A stretch of DNA of 64,000 nt from Candidatus Enterousia sp. GTDB taxonomy: Bacteria > Pseudomonadota > Alphaproteobacteria > Rs-D84. The translations under genes and the position numbers were made by a program. Positions 1-10,621 of the stretch are shown here, piece after piece (the first letter of the stretch is position 1; each line of letters begins with the position of its first letter). The DNA is taken from the NCBI GenBank assembly GCA_045645065.1, contig JAZRIB010000005.1, forward strand, positions 33,746 to 97,745. Direction: 5' to 3'. The notes beneath the pieces are model-generated. The model made no database searches. It saw only the letters and a list, made by a program, of their open reading frames with translations, and was not told where the DNA came from.

Positions 1-83
1 ATGATATAATTGGTAAAATTGTAAATATTCTTTTTCTCATATCGCTTATTATATCACAAATAGCAACCTGATAAAAACAGATT

Positions 84-1856
84 TTATTGCTGTTGAACAA
101 TTTCTTTGAAAATTTCCGCCGGTATTGTTCCACCTGTAATTTTATCGTTCATTGGTGTGAAATCATCATTTCCCATCCATACACCCATGACAATTTTATC
201 TGTTGCGCCAACAAACCAAGCGTCGCGATTTCCATTACTGGTTCCTGTTTTTCCGCCCATAACACCGTGTGTTCGTGCGCGTCCACCGGTTCCGCCTGGT
301 GCGATTACATCTGCCAGCATTTTTGTCATATGTTCAACTGTTTCTGGGTGCAAAACATTAATTGGTTCTGATGGGTTACGTTCATATAATACGTTACCTT
401 TTGCGTCTGTGATTTTTTTTATTGAATACGGACGTACAGAATTTCCATTGTTCCATATTACGGCATATATGTTTGTCAAATCCAACAATGTCATTTCAGA
501 TGCGCCCAATACAGTTGAATATTCGCGGCGCAGACGTGTTCCAACCCCCAAACGCCCCGCCATAGACAATATATTTTCAATACCATACATTTCAGTCAGT
601 TTAAGCGGGACAGAATTAACGCTTTTTGCAAAGGCCGTTGCCAACGTAATATCGCCATAATACTTTTCGTTATAGTTTTTAGGATTGTAATCCCCAATTG
701 CAAACGGAGAATCATTTACATAACTGTCTGGGGTTAATCCATTTTCTAATGCGACCAGATATACCACTGGCTTAAAACTGCTGCCGGGTTGACGTGGTGC
801 TGTTGCGCGATTAAATTGGCTGGCCTGATAATCTGTGCCACCAGACATAGCGCGAATTGCGCCATCTGTTTCCATTGCGACAACTGCGCCCTGGTATGGG
901 GGTGTTTTTTTTGATAGAGTTTCGGCAACGTGTTCTTGTAATTTCATATCCATTGTGGTATGCACGTACAGGTCTGATTCAAATGTTCCAATTCTTGATT
1001 TAACTTCGTCAATAACAAAATCTGTCCAGTATCGATACAGGTTTGTGTCTGCAACGCCAGTTGCGGGTTTTAATTGTCGCGCAGCCATTCGTGCCTGATC
1101 CAGTGTAATATATTCTTGGCGTACCATTTCTTGTAAAATTACACGTGCGCGTTGAATATTTTTTTCTGGATTACGCAACGGACTGTATGTTGTTGGGGCT
1201 TTTAACATTGCTGCAATCTGTGCGGCCTGGGCGATTGATAGTTTGTTTGCAGGTGTTTGGAACATCGCTTGTGCGGCGGCATCAATTCCGCGCAGTCCAC
1301 CAACCAGCGACACGCGATTCATATATAAATCCAGAATTTGATTTTTTGTAAAACGGTTTTCAAGCCAGTGTGATAAAATTAATTCTTGAACTTTGCGTGA
1401 TATTTTCTTTTCGCGACTTAAAAAAATATTTTTAGCAGTTTGTTGTGTTATTGTTGAACCGCCGGCCGCCACACGTTTTGATGCCAGATTTGCAAATGCT
1501 GCACGTGTAATTCCGCGCACATCGATTGGGCCGTGTTCAAAAAATCGTTTGTCTTCAATTGCGACGATTGCTTGCCATACATGCGGGGGCAGGGTATCAA
1601 CCGACACAGGCATTCCCATAATACGACCCGAAGAACGGATTTCATTGCCGTTTTTATCCAAGAACGTTAATGCTGCTGGGCGTGTTTCATTTAATATAGA
1701 ATCCAACGATGGCATACGCATATAAATAAATGCAACATATCCGCAAATGGTTAATCCGCCAATCAAGAACGCATTGAAAACCAATGCAAAAATTCGTCTT
1801 TTTATTGACGGTTTTTCTGGCGTATGTTTGCGATTTGCGGTTGTGGGATGTGCCAC
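84..1856 (-). CDS. Class A penicillin-binding protein (transglycosylase plus transpeptidase), 590 aa
   Basis: N-terminal TM anchor followed by the glycosyltransferase-51 motifs (EDKRFFEHGPIDVRG, GGSTITQQ). C-terminal transpeptidase-like region with a PGSSFKP-type SxxK serine. At 590 aa it is short for PBP1A, closer to PBP1C-sized. Confidence 0.8.
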   Translation of the reverse strand: MAHPTTANRKHTPEKPSIKRRIFALVFNAFLIGGLTICGYVAFIYMRMPSLDSILNETRPAALTFLDKNGNEIRSSGRIMGMPVSVDTLPPHVWQAIVAIEDKRFFEHGPIDVRGITRAAFANLASKRVAAGGSTITQQTAKNIFLSREKKISRKVQELILSHWLENRFTKNQILDLYMNRVSLVGGLRGIDAAAQAMFQTPANKLSIAQAAQIAAMLKAPTTYSPLRNPEKNIQRARVILQEMVRQEYITLDQARMAARQLKPATGVADTNLYRYWTDFVIDEVKSRIGTFESDLYVHTTMDMKLQEHVAETLSKKTPPYQGAVVAMETDGAIRAMSGGTDYQASQFNRATAPRQPGSSFKPVVYLVALENGLTPDSYVNDSPFAIGDYNPKNYNEKYYGDITLATAFAKSVNSVPLKLTEMYGIENILSMAGRLGVGTRLRREYSTVLGASEMTLLDLTNIYAVIWNNGNSVRPYSIKKITDAKGNVLYERNPSEPINVLHPETVEHMTKMLADVIAPGGTGGRARTHGVMGGKTGTSNGNRDAWFVGATDKIVMGVWMGNDDFTPMNDKITGGTIPAEIFKEIVQQQ

Positions 1857-1926
1857 GATTAAAACTCCTTGCCTTTTTTGTTGCTTTGTAATTATAATCC
1901 TAGCATATAAAAAAGGAAAGAGATAT

Positions 1927-2610
1927 ATGAAAAAAATAGCATTACTTGCATTAATGACTGTTGCGATGCCTGCGATGGCGAATGATTTTTATTACGCAGA
2001 ATACGCGTCCCCTGATACAGAACCCAGTACGGTAAATGTCACAACGCCACATACAACGAATGAAACGCACGATAACTATATAGGATTGCGTTTGCATAAA
2101 AACGAACGTATATCGTATGCGTTTGATGTTCGTGGTGGTGGCGGTACGACGTTGTACGATGATAACGTTGGCTGGGGGGTATATGTTGGTAATCGTTTGA
2201 CAGACTTTGTGCGAATTGAATTTGAAACGATGTATTCGGGTATTGATGACACAAAACGTAATTTAGATTTTAACTTTGATATATGGGCTAATATGGTAAA
2301 TATGTACCTGTATCGTACATATGGTAATGTTGTTGAACCATATGCTGGAATTGGTTTAGGTTTTTCTACAATTTGGTCTGATGTTGGCGGATGGGGGACA
2401 ACTGCAACCGATACGACATTTGACTTTTCTTATTCAGTTATGTTTGGTGTGAATTTTGCGTTAAACAATCGTGTTGATTTGAATTTAGGGTTCAAGTATA
2501 TCAAGTACGGTGATGCAGATCACACAACGTCGTCTGGCACATATGCGACCACAGACATAGACGCCACAGAATTTTATCTTGGTGCGGCGTACAAGTTTGG
2601 ATTGCGCTAA
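1927..2610 (+). CDS. Outer-membrane beta-barrel protein (OmpA/Opacity-like small porin family)
   Basis: Internal ATG at 1927 gives a signal peptide MKKIALLALMTVAMPAMA. The rest has alternating aromatic/hydrophobic beta-strand patterning and a C-terminal aromatic-rich end (YKFGLR). The upstream part of the listed ORF overlaps the PBP gene and has no RBS. Confidence 0.55.
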   Translation: MKKIALLALMTVAMPAMANDFYYAEYASPDTEPSTVNVTTPHTTNETHDNYIGLRLHKNERISYAFDVRGGGGTTLYDDNVGWGVYVGNRLTDFVRIEFETMYSGIDDTKRNLDFNFDIWANMVNMYLYRTYGNVVEPYAGIGLGFSTIWSDVGGWGTTATDTTFDFSYSVMFGVNFALNNRVDLNLGFKYIKYGDADHTTSSGTYATTDIDATEFYLGAAYKFGLR

Positions 2611-2640
2611 ACAAAAAAACGCCCGATTGGGCGTTTTTTT
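2611..2640. terminator. Bidirectional rho-independent terminator (AACGCCC-GATT-GGGCGTT flanked by A/T runs)
   Basis: GC hairpin with A-run upstream and T-run downstream. It sits between convergent genes. Confidence 0.5.
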
Positions 2641-2866
2641 ATTTTTTCTTTGCTTTTGATTTAGGTGTTGCTTTTGCTGGTGCTTTACGATATTCACGTG
2701 CCAATGCAACAATGCATGTGTATGCTAATAACGCAGATATTGCAGTGATTAATCCAGACAACAACCCATCAGAAAATATTGCAAACAATATAATAGCAGC
2801 AACTAAAACGACGGTATAGCCCAAATTTTTAGCCAACACATTTAACAATTTTTCAAAAGATTTCAT
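2639..2866 (-). CDS. Small membrane protein (75 aa, two predicted TM helices, Lys-rich C-terminus)
   Basis: ORF with hydrophobic stretches. No recognisable family. Confidence 0.35.
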   Translation of the reverse strand: MKSFEKLLNVLAKNLGYTVVLVAAIILFAIFSDGLLSGLITAISALLAYTCIVALAREYRKAPAKATPKSKAKKK

Positions 2867-2994
2867 GTTTTTCCCTTTGTTTGTACCATCTTATTATATC
2901 ACACCTGAATATGGTTTGCTATGAAAAAAGACCGCAAAAAAATCCACGGTCTTTTTTTCAGGGGGGAGAAAACATGAAAACTTAACTGTTTGTT

Positions 2995-3759
2995 TTATAA
3001 CACAACGTAACCGCCCAAACGCGCTGTGGCTGGGATTGGGCCGAACGAAGAAGTGGGGCTGACATAAATATTTCCAGTTACTGTAAAATCGCCACAGAAT
3101 TGTAACATATTTACATCGCGCAAGAACAAATTTCCATTAACATGAACACCGCATGGCAACGTATATTTGCGCATATTTTGCAGATATAAATTACCCTGGA
3201 TTTTTGTGTTGTGTTCAATCAGTGTTGCAGCATTGCGTCCATCAATAACCGCATCACCCATAATTTTATTTTCTTTTTCAACCTTAGCGATTTGTTTTGT
3301 TAACATTGGGCATGGTTTTGCAGGTGCGACAACGATTGGTTCGTTAATAACTTCGCGTGTATTTTTATTGTATGCCAACGGCAATGTATTTGTAATTGGT
3401 TTTACAGGTCGTGCAACAACGTTTCGTGATTTTGCCTGTTCTGATGGCAACACAGGTGTTTGTACAACATCGTCGCGCACAATCACCACAGAATCACGAT
3501 TACATTTTGTAAAATCAATAATCAATAATGAAAACAGTACGATAATCGCCACCACCAACGTCAGGTTAACGATACCAATTACATTCACGCCACACAGCCA
3601 TTTCCAAAACCATTTTAATCCACGTGCAATCATACGGAATGGCCAGCACAAAATATTCCAGATTTTATTCAATAATTGCTTAACAGATGCTTTGCGTGCA
3701 GATGTTTTTTTTGTTTGTACACGCTTTGTTGCGCGCTTAATCTGTTGTTTTTTTGACAT
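2995..3759 (-). CDS. Hypothetical membrane-anchored protein (basic N-terminus, one TM, C-terminal repetitive G/N-rich beta-rich domain)
   Basis: 254 aa ORF with a Lys/Arg-rich N-terminus, a TM helix (IGIVNLTLVVAIIVLFSLLII) and a C-terminal region with repeated G-N-[LI]-[YF] motifs. The terminator hairpin at 2935-2962 is downstream on the minus strand. Confidence 0.4.
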   Translation of the reverse strand: MSKKQQIKRATKRVQTKKTSARKASVKQLLNKIWNILCWPFRMIARGLKWFWKWLCGVNVIGIVNLTLVVAIIVLFSLLIIDFTKCNRDSVVIVRDDVVQTPVLPSEQAKSRNVVARPVKPITNTLPLAYNKNTREVINEPIVVAPAKPCPMLTKQIAKVEKENKIMGDAVIDGRNAATLIEHNTKIQGNLYLQNMRKYTLPCGVHVNGNLFLRDVNMLQFCGDFTVTGNIYVSPTSSFGPIPATARLGGYVVL

Positions 3760-3920
3760 AACATAAACTCCTTGTTCAGAACTATTTACTAGGATTATAG
3801 TCTAAAAAACGGTTTTGTCAACAGTTTTTTGTCAATATATTTTTTCTTGTTCTTTATTAAGGCGAATTTTGTAATGAAATATAAAAACAAAGAAAAAAAC
3901 CGGCATATGCCGGTTTTTTA

Positions 3921-5162
3921 TTATTTTGCGAATGAATAATCCATTTTCAAATGATCTGGATTATATGTACCGTTCATAATGGCCAGTGTGTCTTCAACGA
4001 TTACTAATTCTTCATTAGTTGCAATCATGAATATTTTTACACGACTGTCATCTGTGCTGATTACAGCCTGATCTATACCTTTGCGTGCCATTGTTGCGGC
4101 ATTTTTTTCTTTGTTTAATTTAATGCCCAGTTCTTCTAAACCTTCACAGAACTTTTCACGCAAATAATCGTCGTTTTCACCAACGCCTGCGGTGAATACT
4201 AATGCGTCCACATGCCCCAGTTCAGCCATATACGCACCGATATATTTTTTAACATTGTGTGCTTCCATATCAATAGCCAAACGACACAGGTCATTTGTAT
4301 CTTTGTTGCCTTCTACGTCGCGACGATCCGCAAAGCATTCTGTGACGCCCATTAATCCAGAATCTTTGTTCAAATGTTTTTGCATTTGGTCTGCGCTTAA
4401 ACCCAAACGGTTCATAACATATAATACAACACCTGGGTCTAAATCGCCTGGGCGTGTACCCATTGTTAATCCTGCCAATGGTGTCATCCCCAGCGATGTG
4501 TCAACACAAACACCGTTACGGATTGCCGTAGCAGATGCGCCCGATCCAATATGCAATGAAATCAGATTGCATTCATTTGCAGGTTTGCCCAACATTGTTG
4601 CTGCACGTTTTGAAACATATAAATGTGACGTTCCGTGGAAACCATATCGGCGAACACCTAATTCGCGATACCATGCACTTGGCACCGCATAGCGATACGC
4701 ATAATCTGGCATAGTCTGATGGAATGCTGTGTCAAACACAGCAACCTGGGTTGCGTTTGGTAACAATTGCTTTGCAGTTACAATCCCCATTAATGCAGGT
4801 GGATTATGCAATGGTGCAATTGCAGACAATTCATCAATTGTTTTGATAACTTCATCGTTAATTTCCACAGACGATGCAAATTTATCGCCACCCATAACGA
4901 CACGATGACCAACACCCTTAATTTCGTTCATATCCACAGACGCTTCACGCAACATAAACATAACGACGTTCAATGCTTCGTTATGATTCTGCATGCTGCA
5001 TTCTTTTTTCTGTTTTGTGCCGTCTGGGTATTTTTGTGTAACGAACGAATCCGGCAAACCGATTTTTTCAACGTTACCGCCGACGATTGCCTGTTTAGAA
5101 TCCGCGTCAAAAACCTGATATTTCAGTGATGACGAACCACAGTTCAATGCAAGTATGTACAT
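3921..5162 (-). CDS. ackA: Acetate kinase
   Basis: N-terminal ILALNCGSSSLKYQ ASKHA-fold motif, full-length 413 aa. Terminator hairpin at 3890-3925. Confidence 0.9.
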   Translation of the reverse strand: MYILALNCGSSSLKYQVFDADSKQAIVGGNVEKIGLPDSFVTQKYPDGTKQKKECSMQNHNEALNVVMFMLREASVDMNEIKGVGHRVVMGGDKFASSVEINDEVIKTIDELSAIAPLHNPPALMGIVTAKQLLPNATQVAVFDTAFHQTMPDYAYRYAVPSAWYRELGVRRYGFHGTSHLYVSKRAATMLGKPANECNLISLHIGSGASATAIRNGVCVDTSLGMTPLAGLTMGTRPGDLDPGVVLYVMNRLGLSADQMQKHLNKDSGLMGVTECFADRRDVEGNKDTNDLCRLAIDMEAHNVKKYIGAYMAELGHVDALVFTAGVGENDDYLREKFCEGLEELGIKLNKEKNAATMARKGIDQAVISTDDSRVKIFMIATNEELVIVEDTLAIMNGTYNPDHLKMDYSFAK

Positions 5163-5216
5163 TTTATCCCCTTTGATTAATTAACGCGGTCAGCATAGCA
5201 AACGTTTTTATTTTTT

Positions 5217-5810
5217 TCAACAGTAAACATAGAATATTAATCGCCAATTTTCTGGCATAACATTGGTTCGTACACCGTTTTGTTTATGGTTTACCCAGTA
5301 TTCTTCATTTGCGACCATAAATCTTACACGCAACTGATTATTTTCAATCCACATATTTGGGGTGGGGGCGGGGCGGTTGCCGACACCAAATGCATATACG
5401 ACATCGCCAATTGCATATCCTGCGTCTGGGGTTTGGCATTCCAGCACCGGTGTTATAATTGGTGGAATTTTATTGATGTTACCGAACATGCATTCTGTAT
5501 ATGGAATTGTGCTGTTTAGTTTTATTTTCGGGCTTTCTATTAATGTAAGTGATACAGGCGCGAAACGTGCGAATAATTCTTCCCAGAATTCATCAGATAC
5601 ATTTGAAATGTCGAATTGGCCGTCTGGGCCAACACCGTCACCGGGGGTCGGGATTTGATCAGCACGTGCCAATGCAAAACCACCCAACGTTTCGCCATCG
5701 TGTACGCGTAATGTTTTTGCGTCAACATCATAAGAAATTTCGCCCACCATACCTGTGAATTTATTGTGCGCTTCAGACGTTCCGCGCCGTACTTGCAGAA
5801 TTTTAGACAT
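5217..5810 (-). CDS. Protein with phage tail-fibre N-terminal motif (197 aa)
   Basis: N-terminus ILQVRRGTSEAHNKFTGMVGEISYDVDAKTLRVHDGETLGG matches the conserved RRGT...GE..yD.D...L.igDG.T.gg signature of phage/prophage tail-fibre N-domains. The remainder is unassigned. Confidence 0.45.
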   Translation of the reverse strand: MSKILQVRRGTSEAHNKFTGMVGEISYDVDAKTLRVHDGETLGGFALARADQIPTPGDGVGPDGQFDISNVSDEFWEELFARFAPVSLTLIESPKIKLNSTIPYTECMFGNINKIPPIITPVLECQTPDAGYAIGDVVYAFGVGNRPAPTPNMWIENNQLRVRFMVANEEYWVNHKQNGVRTNVMPENWRLIFYVYC

Positions 5811-5914
5811 ATTGTTTTTCCTTTATAAATATTGCTAGTGTTTTTTGTTAATAAAAAACACCGCTGAAACCAGCGGTGCGAATGATTGTATTATATCACA
5901 AATCGATCTAAAAA

Positions 5915-8434
5915 TCAAGCGGCAATGGAATGACGTCGTTGATATTCCGCAAACAGTGCCATCTTGTCCGCGTCCAATCTGCTCTGGGCTTTTTTCTTGG
6001 ACAATGTCAGTCGGTTATAGAATGGGCCGGTATGACTGTCGCGACCTGTTTCCAAGAAATTCCAATAATCGCGCAGTTCGTTCCATTGGTTTGTATGTTT
6101 GTCGTCCCATTCGTTTACAATCTTGTTGCGTCTTTCAATTTGAGTATCTAATTCTTTAATTTTGTCCCTAGAATTCTTAAATGTGTTGATGTTATCTGCG
6201 CGGTTCTGGTTGGCTGTCTGGGTTGCGTTATAGCGTTGTTCTGCACGATTAAATGCGTTTTCTTTAGCAGTCAGTGCCGTTTGTGCCGCATGTACATCGT
6301 TTTGTGCATTGGTGATACTGTTGTTGGCAACCTCATATTCGCCACCTGGGGCCATACCTGTGTGTAATTCATTTTGTAAAGTCTGGCGTTCTTGTAATTT
6401 TTGTTTTCGCAGGTCATACAGTTTTGTATATTGCGCCTGTAATTGCTGTGCCTTTAATTCATCCATAGCATTTGCATATGGTGTTGGAATTGCGTTTAAT
6501 TGTGATTTGATGCGCATATAATCGCTGCGCAGACGCGCGCTTTCTGTTGCTAAATCGGCAATTTTTCGTGGCAACTCAGTATTATATTTATCTATTGTTG
6601 CCTGGAATCCGTCTGCGACCTGTTGTTTTTGTTGTAAATCTTGGGCGGCGACATCTTTTTCTTGTTCTGCGTTTTCCAGATTGTCTTTTCGTCTTTTTTC
6701 CACATCTTTACCACGTTGTTGATGTCGTTCGTACATTGCAAGGGTATCATTTGTAATACCTGTGGCGTCGCGTCTGGTGATTTCAGTATGTTTTATTGTG
6801 TCGTCGCGTGCATTGTTTGTGTTTCTTTCTGCAATTGCAGCGTTTTTGTCTGCTGTGTTTTTTATTTCCCAATCTTGGGCTTTTGCATCAATTGCATCTG
6901 AGCGTCCTTTGAACTTACTGCCAGATTTATTGATTGTGTTCCCGATTATTGTAATAGAGTAACCAACAGCTTTTAACATTGTTTCCAGTGTTTTGTCCAT
7001 TACAACACCAAATGTTTTTGTAAATTCATTACTGTTTATGGACAGTTTTGGATCAGATAACAGAGTTATTTTTTCTTTGCTTAATTTGTCCATAATTTTA
7101 CTGGTGGTTAACCCATACTTACAAACCGAAATTACTTCCATTGCGGTTTTTGCTTCATCTATTTTTCCAGATTCAACTGCGCGTATAATCAATTCTTCGA
7201 TAACTGCATTTAATTGTGTGCCATGACTTAATGCGCCTGCGTATGCCTTTGGCATGACGGCTTCGATTTCACCCAGTGTTTTGTTTAACCAATCAAAATG
7301 TCCTGCCGCCGATGCAGATTTTTTTAGCAATGTGTTTTTAACCTTGCTTGCAGCATTGGTTATTCCACCAAGGCCATCTGTCGGTTTAACTTTTTCATTG
7401 TCCAGTGCGGCAACAATCTTGGATGCTTGGGGTGAAAAATACAAACGGTCACCCTGCAGCATTTTCCATTTTTCAAACACGTCGCTGTATGTGTCCTTGC
7501 GCCATTTTTCAAATTTCTGCATTGGGGTCAGCGTATCATGCTGGCTGTCCACCAAGAAATTTGGACTGTTTGAGTCATCGTATGCAGTTTTCTTTTTTGC
7601 TTCATCCAGCGCGGTTGTTATTTTGTTTGCAGGGAATTGTTCTTGTACTTTTTTATTCTGTGCAACAATTTGTAATAAATCATGATGACGTTCTTTGAAC
7701 GCGGCCAATTTGGTGGCGTCAACGTGCTTTGCATCAAATCCATTTTGGATTTTGCTAAAATCACACCCAGTCAGTCCCAACTCGTCTTTATAGTACGATA
7801 AATATTCAGAAACAGTTTTTAGTTTTTGCTGAAACTCATCATCTTCGTTGTATTGTTTTTTTGTTAATCCGTCTTTTAATTCGGATGCGGATATAATGCC
7901 CCATTCGCCCAACTTAACAGAAAACAGTGGTGCCAATGTCGCATTGTTTAGCATTCCTAACAGATTTGCAATTTCTGTTTCTGCATCTGGACTGGCGGAT
8001 ACTGTTGAAAACAATTTATCTGCTTGGGTACCAAAATTATCATGCAAGAACGCAGTTGCGACTTCGTTATACGTGTCTTTGTCGTCTGGATTTGCGAATT
8101 TCGATTTATTTGCATGCATTTTTCGAAATGCATCGCGGAATTCGATATAGAGTTTTTTCCACTCTTCATCATCCATTTCCCATGGATTAGATCCTGGTGC
8201 TGCTGGTGGTGTTGGGGCGCGTCCGTCTGGGATTTCGTTGTCAACCCATTCGCCATTTGTGTCTTTATGAACCAGGTCGCGTTTCCAGATTTTCATATCA
8301 CTATCTTTGGTGAAGTCATCGTCACCTTTGATGTAGTTGATAAAGGTTTCGCGCTTCATCAGTGGCATTTCATTGAAATGCAACTGCATAAAATATTGTA
8401 ATAAAAATTTATCCATTTTCACAGACATCGGCAT
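5915..8434 (-). CDS. Large hypothetical protein, 839 aa, Pro-rich linker plus long C-terminal coiled-coil, no signal peptide (candidate secreted effector)
   Basis: Long ORF with a good terminator at 5860-5890 on the minus strand. It has heptad-rich Q/K/E/R segments in the C-terminal third and a PTPPAAPGSNPW motif. Confidence 0.55.
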   Translation of the reverse strand: MPMSVKMDKFLLQYFMQLHFNEMPLMKRETFINYIKGDDDFTKDSDMKIWKRDLVHKDTNGEWVDNEIPDGRAPTPPAAPGSNPWEMDDEEWKKLYIEFRDAFRKMHANKSKFANPDDKDTYNEVATAFLHDNFGTQADKLFSTVSASPDAETEIANLLGMLNNATLAPLFSVKLGEWGIISASELKDGLTKKQYNEDDEFQQKLKTVSEYLSYYKDELGLTGCDFSKIQNGFDAKHVDATKLAAFKERHHDLLQIVAQNKKVQEQFPANKITTALDEAKKKTAYDDSNSPNFLVDSQHDTLTPMQKFEKWRKDTYSDVFEKWKMLQGDRLYFSPQASKIVAALDNEKVKPTDGLGGITNAASKVKNTLLKKSASAAGHFDWLNKTLGEIEAVMPKAYAGALSHGTQLNAVIEELIIRAVESGKIDEAKTAMEVISVCKYGLTTSKIMDKLSKEKITLLSDPKLSINSNEFTKTFGVVMDKTLETMLKAVGYSITIIGNTINKSGSKFKGRSDAIDAKAQDWEIKNTADKNAAIAERNTNNARDDTIKHTEITRRDATGITNDTLAMYERHQQRGKDVEKRRKDNLENAEQEKDVAAQDLQQKQQVADGFQATIDKYNTELPRKIADLATESARLRSDYMRIKSQLNAIPTPYANAMDELKAQQLQAQYTKLYDLRKQKLQERQTLQNELHTGMAPGGEYEVANNSITNAQNDVHAAQTALTAKENAFNRAEQRYNATQTANQNRADNINTFKNSRDKIKELDTQIERRNKIVNEWDDKHTNQWNELRDYWNFLETGRDSHTGPFYNRLTLSKKKAQSRLDADKMALFAEYQRRHSIAA

Positions 8435-8551
8435 ATCTCTTATGTTTTTATCTTAATAATTATAGTACAAATTTCCCTGAATTTCAATATTTTGGTGTTT
8501 TTTTGATGAAAAAAATGTATACTAATACACAGCCAAACATAAGGGGAACAA

Positions 8552-9712
8552 ATGCGACGTTTATTGTTGGGAATTTATGGATTTGCATTTTTTAATAAAT
8601 TTTTATTATTAACACCCGTATATGCTGTTTTTATGTTGCAAAACGGAATAGGGGAAACTTTGTTGTCGGCAATGTTTTTCATATCTGCGGCGGCAACCGT
8701 CCTGGGCCAGGTTCCAATTACCTATATGACAAATCGTTTTGGTGCGCGTTTTGCGATGATTTTTGCGCAAATATTAAAAGCCGTTGCAGTCATCATGTGG
8801 TTGCTTATGCCGGGGTATTTTGGTTTTATTTTTGGTATGATTTTATGGGGCGTCCAATCTGGGTTTCGTAATGTCGCATTCGAAGGATTGGTGTATGACC
8901 GTGTTTCCTCAGCGCATCATACGCGCGATTACACTCGTATCCTTGGGCGCAAGGCCACATATGAATCTGTTGGTGTTGCATTATCTGCATTTGGTTCGTT
9001 GTTAATGTTTATGGGCTATGATTGGGTAACATGGGCATCTGTGGCATCAATTGCGCTTTCTGTATTGTCGTTATTAATAATTCCTGGGAATGCGTCGTTT
9101 ACGTCTGTTTCAGGGGTTGGTTTAAGGAAAATGTTTCGTAACGGTTTGCGTGCGTGTACCCGTCGTGCATGTATGATGCCGATAATGTTATTGGCGTTAT
9201 TGGTGGTAAATATTCCGTATCTGGACGATTTTTTAAGTCCAATTGCATTACAGTTAGGTATCCCAACAGAATATGTTGGCGTTGTTCCATTCTTTTTGTT
9301 GCTGTGCGCGACATTAGGCCAGCGTTTTGCATACAAATTTTCTAGAATCCCAGACATAATCCTTTATTCTGCGATTGGGGTGGCTGGAATCTTGTATATG
9401 TTGTTTGCATATTGGTATTCGCCATATTCGTTGTGGTTGTTGGGTGTTGCGTATATTTTGATATGGGGCATTTATACATTGACGTATTCACGGTTCCAGC
9501 ATATGATTCCACGGCGTCACAGGTCTGTGATATTATCATTGTTCACAACATTAACATATCTGGTTTATATGTTGGTTTGTGTCGTTATTGGTGCCGGTGC
9601 CGCCATGGGCAGTTGGCGTTACGGTATTTTTGCATTGGGACTGGCGGTGGTTGGTGTGTGCGTATGGGCGATGTTGTACGTTCGTAAAAAATGTCCCCGT
9701 GATATGGGTTAA
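8552..9712 (+). CDS. MFS-type transporter (386 aa, ~12 TM)
   Basis: Hydrophobicity pattern and the loop motif GARFAMIFAQ between TM2 and TM3, typical of MFS. Confidence 0.55.
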   Translation: MRRLLLGIYGFAFFNKFLLLTPVYAVFMLQNGIGETLLSAMFFISAAATVLGQVPITYMTNRFGARFAMIFAQILKAVAVIMWLLMPGYFGFIFGMILWGVQSGFRNVAFEGLVYDRVSSAHHTRDYTRILGRKATYESVGVALSAFGSLLMFMGYDWVTWASVASIALSVLSLLIIPGNASFTSVSGVGLRKMFRNGLRACTRRACMMPIMLLALLVVNIPYLDDFLSPIALQLGIPTEYVGVVPFFLLLCATLGQRFAYKFSRIPDIILYSAIGVAGILYMLFAYWYSPYSLWLLGVAYILIWGIYTLTYSRFQHMIPRRHRSVILSLFTTLTYLVYMLVCVVIGAGAAMGSWRYGIFALGLAVVGVCVWAMLYVRKKCPRDMG

Positions 9713-9755
9713 TGTTCCTGTACATATAATACTGGAAACGTTCTAAAATACGGAT

Positions 9756-10442
9756 ATGCAAACAGGTGTCCGCAACTTTTTCTTAAAATTATTACCGTAT
9801 TTATTGTCAATTGCCGGCGGTATAATTTTATACACAGGTGCTATTGATAGTGCGCCAAATGCCAACATCCGTGATTTAGTAATAAATGTATCTGCATCAT
9901 TATTGTCGATACCATTAGTTTTTTTACTATACGATTATACTAATTCCCGAATTGCGAACCAAATGAAGAAATCTGTTGCCAACAATATGGCGGATAAATT
10001 GAATTCAGTGCTAGTCAATACTATATTGATGTTGCGTGATGCGTTGGCGGTTCGTAATAAATTAAATCTGGAAAATCTTAACAGAATGTTGGTATGGCGC
10101 GCCCCTGAAATATCGCGTCGGTTAAAAATTACACCACGGGTTCTGGACGCGTTGCATACATGTCATAATGATTTAGATACATTACTGTTCAGAAATTCTC
10201 AAACAAATATTCTGACCCCAGACCAGACTCAAATTTTATCTTCGATTGCGCGTTCAATGGCGCACTTGATTAACGAAAGTAAATTTCACAAAGACCGGCA
10301 TGTTTCTGCGAAATATATAGAAAATATGATGGGGCATATCTTGGATTGGCTGGACATGGACAGTGTAATTGCATTAAAGCTAGCGCATCATCTGTCGCCA
10401 TCAGAATCAGATGGCAAATTACCAGAAATAAATAAAAAGTAA
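9756..10442 (+). CDS. Hypothetical membrane protein (228 aa, two N-terminal TM helices)
   Basis: ORF only. No family recognised. Confidence 0.4.
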   Translation: MQTGVRNFFLKLLPYLLSIAGGIILYTGAIDSAPNANIRDLVINVSASLLSIPLVFLLYDYTNSRIANQMKKSVANNMADKLNSVLVNTILMLRDALAVRNKLNLENLNRMLVWRAPEISRRLKITPRVLDALHTCHNDLDTLLFRNSQTNILTPDQTQILSSIARSMAHLINESKFHKDRHVSAKYIENMMGHILDWLDMDSVIALKLAHHLSPSESDGKLPEINKK

Positions 10443-10545
10443 AATTTTTATTATTTTTGCTTGATTTTTGTTTTTATCTGTGTCAAAATTTCCCCCGACC
10501 TATGGAAAAAGAGTTGAAAAATTCTTGTTTTCCAGGTCCAGTTCT

Positions 10546-10621
10546 GGGGCTATAGCTCAGTTGGTAGAGCAAATGACTTTTAATCATTGGGTCCAGGGTT
10601 CGAGTCCCTGTGGCCCCACCA
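10546..10621 (+). tRNA. tRNA-Lys (anticodon TTT)
   Basis: Cloverleaf: acceptor GGGGCTA/TGGCCCC, anticodon loop CTTTTAA, T-arm CAGGGTTCGAGTCCCTG, encoded CCA. A terminator hairpin CCGCGGA-TTT-CCGCGG plus T-run follows at 10622-10655. Confidence 0.85.

Noticed and set aside
1747-1926. N-terminal 60 aa extension of the OMP ORF
   Set aside because: It overlaps the 5' end of the PBP gene on the other strand and lacks an RBS. The internal ATG at 1927 gives a proper signal peptide.
8024-8401. Various 60-140 aa ORFs nested inside or antisense to the large genes (5915-8434, leuS, valS, rpoD, the Cys-rich genes)
   Set aside because: They lie fully within longer, well-supported CDSs on the opposite strand or in an alternate frame, and have no independent signals.
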